Source: Thermoanaerobaculia bacterium (GTDB lineage Bacteria > Acidobacteriota > Thermoanaerobaculia > Multivoradales > UBA5704). From it: DNA of 17,614 nucleotides. Under the pieces are notes generated by a model. It worked only from the letters and a program-made list of their open reading frames with translations, did not search any database and was not told where the DNA came from. The translations under genes and the position numbers were made by a program. The stretch is taken from assembly GCA_044226625.1 (NCBI GenBank), contig JBGAGQ010000093.1, forward strand, positions 1 to 17,614, given 5' to 3'. This document shows positions 1 to 6,757 of this stretch, piece after piece. Within the stretch, counting starts at the first letter, position 1, and each line of letters starts with the position of its first letter.

Positions 1-110
1 AAGCTCGACGTCACCGATCCGATCACCGTGCTCGCGCCGAACGGGAGCAGCAGCTTCGGACGTCCCATTCGACGGGAGGCCCCCGCGGCCGGGAGGAGGG
101 CGATCGGCAT
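1..110 (-). CDS. Nucleotidyltransferase family protein (NTP_transf_3; MocA/MobA-like), 5' part only, runs off the left edge
   Basis: Manual minus-strand translation from ATG at 110 gives MPIALLPAAGASRRMGRPKLLLPFGASTVIGSVTSS. This matches the AAGxSxRMGxPKxLL nucleotide-binding signature of MocA/MobA/IspD-type transferases. Not in the ORF track because it is truncated. Confidence 0.85.
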   Translation of the reverse strand, partial: MPIALLPAAGASRRMGRPKLLLPFGASTVIGSVTSS

Positions 111-130
111 GGGGGCAGTCTAACGCCGCT

Positions 131-159
131 CCGGCCCGCCTCTCGACGAGGCGGGCCGG
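131..159 (-). terminator. GC-rich hairpin downstream of the TonB-dependent receptor (terminator or mRNA-stabilising stem)
   Basis: Perfect 12-bp stem CCGGCCCGCCTC / GAGGCGGGCCGG with a 5-nt loop, 15 nt past the receptor stop codon. No U-tract. Confidence 0.55.
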
Positions 160-174
160 GGGCGGGATGGGCGA

Positions 175-2649
175 TTAGCGCTTGTAGGTGAGGCTGAGCA
201 GCGAGCGCCGGCCGATGAGGTCGCCGCCGAACGACTGGTACGCCTCTTCGTCGAACAGGTTCGACACCGACAGGCCGAGCGTCAAAGTGGTGGAGAGGTC
301 GTAGTTGGCGTTGACGTCCACCGAGGTATAGGCCTTGACGTCCCCCTGGAACGGACCGGTCACCCAGCGGAACTTGTCGCTGAAGCGGAAGCTCGCCTCG
401 GCGTTCCATCGATCGGCGAGGTAGCCGACGCCGAAGCTCCCCTTGTTCTTCGGGCTGTTCGGAAGCAGCAGGCGGTCGAGGCCCGGCTGGCTGTTCTGAA
501 TGTCGAAGTCGAACCAGGAGTAGGCAGCGTTGATGTTCCAAGAGTTGGTCACCGACCAGTTGAGGCCGAGGTCGATGCCCTGGGTGTCGACGGCGCCGAA
601 GTTCGCATAGGAGACGGCGCCCAGGATCGGCGTGCCGTCGAGGTTGTTGGTGAGGACGAAGAAGTTGCTGCCGAGCGCCGCGCGCAGGCGGGTGAGGAGG
701 AGCGTAGCGGCCGGAGCGGGCAGATTCGCGGGGGCCTGATAGAGGCCGAAGTTCGGATTCAGCCGGCCGAGCGGGGTGCCGAAGTTCGGCAGCAGGTCGG
801 TGATGAAGTTCTCGTTCTTGCTCTTGTAGTACTCCGCGGTGAGGACCGCCTTGCCGCCGAGGATGCCGGTGTAACCCACTTCCCAGGTCTTCACCTCTTC
901 GACGTCGAGGTCATTGTTGCCGAGCGCGAGCACGCGGGTGTTCGCGGTCGCGACGTTGCCGTCCGGATCGAAGCCGCAGGAGACGCCGGCCCCACGGCAG
1001 ATCGCCTCGAACGGCGAAAGGTTGATCGGCGCCGCGACGTCCGCCTGGAGGAAGAACTCGGAATAGTTCGCGACCTGGAACCCTTCGTTGTACGAGGCGC
1101 GCAGCGTGTGGTTCGGGCGCACCGCCCAGACCAGCGAGCCCTTCGGTGAGAAACGTCCCTCGTGCAGGTCGCTGTCGTCGTACCGGCCGGCGACCACGAA
1201 CTTCAGCGCGTCGGTGAGGTTCCAATCGAGCTGACCGTAGCCCGCGAAGGAGGTCGCGCCGACCGGCGCGAAGATCAGCGTCTGGCGCCCGGTCCGCGAA
1301 TCGAGGCTGTCGATGTTCTCGTCCTGGTAGCTGCCGCCGAGGACGATCCGAGCCTTCGAGCCGAGGCCCCAGTAGGTCTGGGCTTCCAGGTTGAAGTTGT
1401 CGTCGTCGAGCGCGACGTTGTTACCCGCCGACAAGGCGGTCTGCCGGGAGGCGTCGCGCTTGTTGTACGACGCGAGGAAGTTGAGGTGGTCCCGCGAGTA
1501 GTCGAGGCGCGCGAACTCGCGCTTGACGTCGACCAGCTGGACGCGGCCGATGCCGGTCTGAAACACCGGGCCGGAAATGTCGGCGCCGCCGATTTCGAGC
1601 GTCGCCAGCGCGCCGCCCCCTTCGAAGTAGCGGTCGAGCCGGGCGGAGCCGAACTTGATCTCGTCGTCGTCCTCCGGATCGAGCGGCACGCGCTCCTGCG
1701 GCAGACAGTCGGTCTGTCCCGAGACGGTGCACGGCTTCGAGTACTCGGCCTTACCGTTTCTCGAGACGGTGAAATCGCCGCTCTGGCGCAAGCCGCCGAG
1801 CAGCTTGAAGTAGGTGGCGTCGTTGATCTCCCCGGCATAACGGGCGTCGAGGTTCAACGTCGAAAGCTCGCCGCCGGTCGCGCGGAGGAGCAGGCCGCGG
1901 CTGTCCTTCGGCCGCCGGGTGATCAGGTTGAGCACGCCGGACGAGGCGTTCGCGCCGTACAGCGCCGCGGAGGGCCCGCGGACCAGCTCGGCCTGCGCGA
2001 GGTCGTCCAAGGGGAACGAGATGGACGCCCACTCCTGGGCGCCGAGGAACGGCACCGACGGGTCGCGGCCGTCGATCAGCGTCGCCACCCGGCGGTTGAG
2101 CGAGCTGTTGAAACCGCGGGTGTTGAAGTTGAAGTCGTAGACGCCGCTCTGGGTGACCTCCGCGCCGGGGGTGAACTCGAGCAGCTTGGGGAGCTGGGCG
2201 TGGGTCGACTCGCGCTCGATCTGCTCCTCCGAGACGATGGTCACGGCGGCCGGGGCCTCGGTGATCTTCTCGTTCTGGCGCGAGGCGGAGTAGACCGTGA
2301 TCGTGTCGACGAAAGAGACGTCCCAGTCGACCTGCTTGTCGATCGTCCGGGTCTTTCCGGCCTGGACCTCGACGCCGGTCGCCGTGTCGCTCGAGTCGCC
2401 CGCGGTGAAGGTCAGGTCATACGTCCCGGCCGGCATTCCCGAGAACGAGTAGCGACCGTCGGAATCGGTGAGCGTCGCCTGAGAGGTCGATTGGATGACG
2501 ACCGTGACGCCGCCGATTCCGGTTCCGTCCTTGCGCGAGATCCGCCCTTCGATCCGGCCGGTCGCCTGCGCGAAGAGCGCGGTCGAGAGGAGCCCCGCGC
2601 CCCATGCGACGAGGAGCGCCGCGACGCAACGTCCCAAGTGCTTCTTCAT
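175..2649 (-). CDS. TonB-dependent outer-membrane receptor with N-terminal carboxypeptidase-regulatory-like domain
   Basis: Likely start is ATG at 2649 (MKKHLGRC...ALFAQ signal peptide, purine-rich RBS upstream), not the ORF-track start at 3036. Contains the CarboxypepD_reg-like segment TGRIEGRI...TDSDGRYSF, a TonB-box-like DTITVYS, plug motifs RGF...LIDGR and ELVRGPSAALYGANASSGVLNLITRRP, and the C-terminal NLFDEE...GR barrel motif. Confidence 0.93.
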   Translation of the reverse strand: MKKHLGRCVAALLVAWGAGLLSTALFAQATGRIEGRISRKDGTGIGGVTVVIQSTSQATLTDSDGRYSFSGMPAGTYDLTFTAGDSSDTATGVEVQAGKTRTIDKQVDWDVSFVDTITVYSASRQNEKITEAPAAVTIVSEEQIERESTHAQLPKLLEFTPGAEVTQSGVYDFNFNTRGFNSSLNRRVATLIDGRDPSVPFLGAQEWASISFPLDDLAQAELVRGPSAALYGANASSGVLNLITRRPKDSRGLLLRATGGELSTLNLDARYAGEINDATYFKLLGGLRQSGDFTVSRNGKAEYSKPCTVSGQTDCLPQERVPLDPEDDDEIKFGSARLDRYFEGGGALATLEIGGADISGPVFQTGIGRVQLVDVKREFARLDYSRDHLNFLASYNKRDASRQTALSAGNNVALDDDNFNLEAQTYWGLGSKARIVLGGSYQDENIDSLDSRTGRQTLIFAPVGATSFAGYGQLDWNLTDALKFVVAGRYDDSDLHEGRFSPKGSLVWAVRPNHTLRASYNEGFQVANYSEFFLQADVAAPINLSPFEAICRGAGVSCGFDPDGNVATANTRVLALGNNDLDVEEVKTWEVGYTGILGGKAVLTAEYYKSKNENFITDLLPNFGTPLGRLNPNFGLYQAPANLPAPAATLLLTRLRAALGSNFFVLTNNLDGTPILGAVSYANFGAVDTQGIDLGLNWSVTNSWNINAAYSWFDFDIQNSQPGLDRLLLPNSPKNKGSFGVGYLADRWNAEASFRFSDKFRWVTGPFQGDVKAYTSVDVNANYDLSTTLTLGLSVSNLFDEEAYQSFGGDLIGRRSLLSLTYKR

Positions 2650-2834
2650 CTCCGTTTCCCCTTTGAATAGGCGGCGGCCCGGCGGCGGCATCCGGAGGAG
2701 GCCGCGGCGCGATCCAGCCAACATGGAAATGTCCGAAAAACTGGCGCACATGGTACTCCGACGAGGCCGGACGACCAAGGGGGTTTTGGGTGCTGGCCGA
2801 ACCTCTTCGAGGCTCGTCGTCTGCCCCGGTTTGA

Positions 2835-2848
2835 CGAAACCGTTTCCA
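2835..2848. promoter_or_regulatory. Candidate LacI-family operator in the divergent receptor/amidase intergenic region
   Basis: CGAAACCGTTTCCA fits the LacI/cre-type pattern TGNAANCGNTTNCA at all specified positions except the first, and overlaps a TTGACG -35-like hexamer at 2831-2836. Confidence 0.35.
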
Positions 2849-2897
2849 GCGTTCAAAGATCCGCCCGAAAATCTCCAACCGAAGGGAGACACGCTGC

Positions 2898-3698
2898 ATG
2901 TCGGCGAAGTTTCGTGGCCGGCCCCGAAGGCACGGCGCGGGTTCGACGCGCCTATTCTCGATCGGGCTGGCTCTCCTGATGGGTGCGCTGGCCGGAGGAT
3001 CGGGCTGCGCGGGGCGTCTTGCGCGAAGCGCGGCACAAGGTCCGCGGGCGGCCGCGGTCAACTGCTCCGAGGCCGCGGGTCTCGTCGTCGTGCCGCTTCC
3101 GTTGCCGAACGCCCGGCGACGCGCGCGGCTCACCCTCGAATACGTCCGGGAGCGGTATGAACCGGGCGCTGGTAGCCGCCGGGGGCGCCGCTTCGAGCCG
3201 AGCATGATCGTCCTGCACTGGACCGAGCTGCCGGACCTCGCGGCGCTCTGGGCGGCGTTCAGTCCCGCGGAGCTCCCCGCGTCGCGGCCGGAGCTGGCGC
3301 GGGCCGGACGGGTCAACGTCGCCTCGCAATTCGTGGTGGACCGCGACGGAGCGGTCTATCGGCTGCTGCCCGAGACCGCGATCGCGCGGCACGTGATCGG
3401 CCTGAACCGCGCGGCGATCGGCATCGAGAACGTCGGCGGCAGCTCGGCGCCGCTCACCGAGTGCCAGGTGCGCGCCGACGCCAAGCTGGTCGCCGAGCTG
3501 GTCGCGCGCCACCCGACCGTGCGCTATCTGATCGGGCACCACGAGTACGGCCGCTTTCGCGGTACGCCGCTCTGGGAGGAGCGAGACCCCAACTATTTCA
3601 CCCTCAAGGTCGACCCGGGCGAGGAGTTCATGGCCGCGGTCCGGGCGAAGATCGCACCGCTGCACCTGGCCGAGGATTTCGTGGCCGGGCCACCCTGA
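2898..3698 (+). CDS. N-acetylmuramoyl-L-alanine amidase (Amidase_2/PGRP-like), probably exported or a lipoprotein
   Basis: Zn-amidase motifs IVLHWT, SQFVVDRDG, ARHVIGLNRAAIGIENVG, LIGHHE and KVDPG. Basic then hydrophobic N-terminus ending in GSGC (lipobox-like). Exact start uncertain. Confidence 0.88.
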   Translation: MSAKFRGRPRRHGAGSTRLFSIGLALLMGALAGGSGCAGRLARSAAQGPRAAAVNCSEAAGLVVVPLPLPNARRRARLTLEYVRERYEPGAGSRRGRRFEPSMIVLHWTELPDLAALWAAFSPAELPASRPELARAGRVNVASQFVVDRDGAVYRLLPETAIARHVIGLNRAAIGIENVGGSSAPLTECQVRADAKLVAELVARHPTVRYLIGHHEYGRFRGTPLWEERDPNYFTLKVDPGEEFMAAVRAKIAPLHLAEDFVAGPP

Positions 3699-3816
3699 CC
3701 GTCCGTCTCGAGACTTTCGCCGTTTTCGCGTCCGATCCCGAGTCTCGAGTCCCTCACCGGGTCGCGCCGCGCTTTCCGTGCGGTCGGGATCTACACTTTT
3801 AGAGAGGAGAAAAGAG

Positions 3817-4125
3817 ATGTCCGAATCTTTCCCCGTCGGTCGAAAAATCCGCCGCCTGGCGCTCGTCGGGCTCTGCCTCGGAGGAGTCCTCGCGATGAGC
3901 GCTCCCGCCTCCGCGCTTCCGTTCGAGCTCGGCCTCGGCGCCTCCCTGCGCGAAATCGCGGGCTGGTTCGAGGGGATCAAGTCTCTCCCCTGGGGGGGCG
4001 ACCCGAATCCGCCGAATTCCGGCACCTGCATCGATCCGAACGGCAAACCGAGGCCGTGCGACTCCCGCCAGGCTCCCTCTCCCGCGTCCCGGCGGGAGCT
4101 GACGCGTTCCTTCCCCGCGGTCTGA
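3817..4125 (+). CDS. Small secreted protein or peptide precursor with C-IDPNG-x4-C motif (102 aa)
   Basis: GAGGAG RBS before ATG 3817. Sec-type signal (RKIRR, then LALVGLCLGGVLAM, then ASA). The C-terminal half contains GGDPNPPNSGTCIDPNGKPRPC. Confidence 0.7.
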   Translation: MSESFPVGRKIRRLALVGLCLGGVLAMSAPASALPFELGLGASLREIAGWFEGIKSLPWGGDPNPPNSGTCIDPNGKPRPCDSRQAPSPASRRELTRSFPAV

Positions 4126-4160
4126 GGCGCGGACGTCCCGTCTCGCCAGGCCATTCCCCC

Positions 4161-4196
4161 TCTTCGCCTCTCCGTTGGTCGTCGGAGAGGCGGAGA
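4161..4196 (+). terminator. Hairpin between the peptide gene and the TPR gene
   Basis: 14-bp stem TCTTCGCCTCTCCG / CGGAGAGGCGGAGA (one G-U pair) with an 8-nt loop. No clear U-tract. Confidence 0.5.
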
Positions 4197-4260
4197 GACG
4201 CTTCTCGCGGGAACGCGCGCATGCGAGAATGTTGACGAAGTTTCGCCTGGAGACCCCTCG

Positions 4261-5589
4261 ATGAGCGACCACCCCGCATCCGAGAGCTTCACCGCATTGG
4301 TCGCGGGGAGCCTCGAAGAGGGAGAGCGGAGGCGGGTGATCCGCCACCTGATCTCCGGCTGCGCCGACTGCGGCGAAGCCGCGGCGTCTGCCTATCGCTC
4401 GCTCGACGCGCAGCGGTTCGGGGCCGCACCCCTGTATCGCCCCGAGTGTTACGAATTCCCGGTTCGTTACGCGCTACGCGCGGCGCGGGCCACCTTCCTC
4501 CGCTTGGAGCGCGAGCGCGACCGGGCCGCCCGCGAGGTAGCGGCGGCGCTCGCCGGGGACCTCGACAGTTTGAAGGCGCTGTCCCGCTCCGACGCGGGCG
4601 GTCTGCGGGGATGGGCTCGGACGGAGGCCCTTCTGGAATCGATCGACGGGGTTCGGCTGGAGTCTCCGGCGCGGGCTCTCGAGGTGGTGCGGCTCGCCGT
4701 CGAGTCGGCGGACCGGCTTGCCCCGACGGCTCACCCGGAGGAGCATGTCGCGGACCTCCGCTGCCGCGCCTATGCGGAGCTGGGCAACGCGCAGCGCCTG
4801 ATCGGCGATCTGGTCGCAGCCGAGCGGGCGATGGGGATTGCCGAAGAGCTTCGTAGGGAGGGGACGGGAGTGCCCGCGCTCGCCGCGCTGCTGCTCGATC
4901 GCGGCGCGTCGTTGCGGATCGACCAGCGGCGCTTCGCCGAAGCCGACTCGATGCTCGACCAGCTCATCGAGTTGCGCAGCGAGGCGGGGGAGCGCAGCGA
5001 GGTCGGCAAGGCGTGGGTCCTCAAGGGGATCGCCGCCGTCTACGGCGAAGAGCCGCTCGTCGCGCGCACCCATTTCGGGGCGGCGCTCGAGGCTCTCGAT
5101 CCGGCGCGGGACGGTCGGCTGGTCTGGATCGCGCTCCACAACCTCGTCGACTGCGAGATCGCGCTCGGCCACTTCCGTGAGGCTCGCCGGGCGCAGCGGT
5201 CGCTCGCGCCGCTCTACGACCTTCACGCGCGGGAGATGGACCTCCTCAAACGGCGGGGCCAGGAAGGAAAGATCGCCGCGGGGCTCGGCGAGCTCGAGGA
5301 AGCGGAGGGGATCTTCCGAGAAAACCGCGCCGCCTACGAGCGCCACGGCATGCCCTATTCGGTCGCGTTGGTCGACCTGGACCTCGCGGCGCTCTGGGTC
5401 CGCGAGGGGCGTTTCGCCGAGGTCGCGGCCGTGGCCGACCAGCTGGTCGCCTCGTTCTCCGCTCTCGGCGTCGGCCGCGAGATGCTCGCCTCGTTCCTGC
5501 TGCTCCGGGAGGCCGCGAGGAATCGGCAGGCGACGCTCGCCCTGGTGCACAACGTCGCGGCGGAGCTCGGGCGTCTGAAGCATCCCTGA
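4261..5589 (+). CDS. Zinc-finger (zf-HC2/ZAS-like) plus tetratricopeptide-repeat protein
   Basis: N-terminal HP...RHLISGCADC resembles the anti-sigma zinc-binding motif. The rest is helical TPR-like repeats (AYAELGNAQRLIGDLVAAE, RRFAEADSML, ALHNLVDCEIALGHFREA, LGELEEAEGIF, EGRFAEVAAVA). GGAG RBS at 4249-4252. Confidence 0.8.
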   Translation: MSDHPASESFTALVAGSLEEGERRRVIRHLISGCADCGEAAASAYRSLDAQRFGAAPLYRPECYEFPVRYALRAARATFLRLERERDRAAREVAAALAGDLDSLKALSRSDAGGLRGWARTEALLESIDGVRLESPARALEVVRLAVESADRLAPTAHPEEHVADLRCRAYAELGNAQRLIGDLVAAERAMGIAEELRREGTGVPALAALLLDRGASLRIDQRRFAEADSMLDQLIELRSEAGERSEVGKAWVLKGIAAVYGEEPLVARTHFGAALEALDPARDGRLVWIALHNLVDCEIALGHFREARRAQRSLAPLYDLHAREMDLLKRRGQEGKIAAGLGELEEAEGIFRENRAAYERHGMPYSVALVDLDLAALWVREGRFAEVAAVADQLVASFSALGVGREMLASFLLLREAARNRQATLALVHNVAAELGRLKHP

Positions 5590-5794
5590 TCACGCCCCGG
5601 CACGCCCGAGCCGGCGCTCCCGGCCTTCCGGGGCCCAGGCACCGCTGTGTTACGATTTTGGGGTCCAAACCGGGCCGCAATCGAGGTCCAAAACCTCCTC
5701 GCTTTCCGCCGGCGTCGACCTCCAGCCATCCCGCCCAAGATCCGCCGAAACTCCGAAAGCTCCCTCCATCCACGACCCAGAGGATCCTTCATCC

Positions 5795-6679
5795 ATGTCG
5801 AGCAGCGGCATCTCGAATACGGGGCATCGTCCGGGCCTACTGATCGCCATCGGCGGCGCCGAGGATAAGACCCGCGAGCGCAAGATTCTTCGCCGTTTCG
5901 TCGAGGAAGCGGGCGGCTCGAAAGCGAAGATCGCGATCCTCGCGACGGCCTCGGCGCTTCCCGATACCGGGGAGAAGTACCGCGAGGTGTTCGACGCGCT
6001 CGACGTGCCGGAGATCCTGGTGCTGAACGTTCCGGATCGCGCGGCGGCGTTGGAGCTCGGCGCTCCGGTGCTCGAAGCGCTCGAAGCGGCGACCGGCTTC
6101 TTCATGACCGGGGGAGGGCAGCTGCGGGTCACCTCGGCGCTCGGCGGCACGCCGATCGCGGCGGCGATCCGCCGCCGCCACGCGGAGGGGCTGGTGGTCG
6201 CCGGCACGAGCGCCGGCGCGTCGCTCCTTTCCGAGCACATGATCGCGTTCGGCGAGGGAGGAGGGACGCCGCGGCAGCGTCAGGTGCAGATGGCCAAAGG
6301 GCTCGGTCTCGCGCCGGGCGTGATCATCGACCAGCACTTTCGGCGCCGCGACCGCCTCGGCCGCCTGCTCACCGCGCTCTCCTACAACCCCGAGCCGATC
6401 GGGCTGGGCATCGACGAGGACACCGCCGCGGTGATCGAGCCGAGCGGCATGCTCACCGTGCTCGGCAGCGGCACGGTGACGATCGTCGAAGGGGCGGGGC
6501 TGACTTACACCGACACCCACCATGCGTTGCCCGGCAAGCCGCTCACGTTGCTCGGCCTGCGGCTCGACGTCTTATCCGACGGGGCGCGCTACGACCTGGC
6601 GCGTCGGCGCGGCCTGCCCCCGCTCGACGAGCCGGTTCCCGTGGCCGATCCCGAGGAAGTCGCGCTCGCCGAAAGCTGA
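5795..6679 (+). CDS. cphB: Cyanophycinase (peptidase S51)
   Basis: IAIGGAEDK N-terminus, FMTGGGQLR, nucleophile motif GTSAGA, IIDQHF..R.RLGRL and GIDEDT. Lies directly upstream of cphA. Confidence 0.95.
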   Translation: MSSSGISNTGHRPGLLIAIGGAEDKTRERKILRRFVEEAGGSKAKIAILATASALPDTGEKYREVFDALDVPEILVLNVPDRAAALELGAPVLEALEAATGFFMTGGGQLRVTSALGGTPIAAAIRRRHAEGLVVAGTSAGASLLSEHMIAFGEGGGTPRQRQVQMAKGLGLAPGVIIDQHFRRRDRLGRLLTALSYNPEPIGLGIDEDTAAVIEPSGMLTVLGSGTVTIVEGAGLTYTDTHHALPGKPLTLLGLRLDVLSDGARYDLARRRGLPPLDEPVPVADPEEVALAES

Positions 6680-6757
6680 GCATCACCTTCCCTTGCCGTC
6701 CCCCCCACCCCGCGTGCTAGAAAGCGTTGGCCTTTCTTTTCGCGAGCGGAGCGTGGC

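Noticed and set aside
2650-3036. N-terminal 129-aa extension of the TonB receptor in the ORF track
   Set aside because: The signal peptide and RBS point to ATG 2649, and the extension overlaps the divergent amidase gene.
4229-4264. 11-codon uORF overlapping the TPR gene start (ATGA)
   Set aside because: The TPR gene has its own GGAG RBS, and such short ORFs arise by chance.
5655-5790. Short direct repeats upstream of cphB (GGTCCAAA twice; CCATCC...GATCC twice)
   Set aside because: Too short and too few to distinguish from chance without comparative data.
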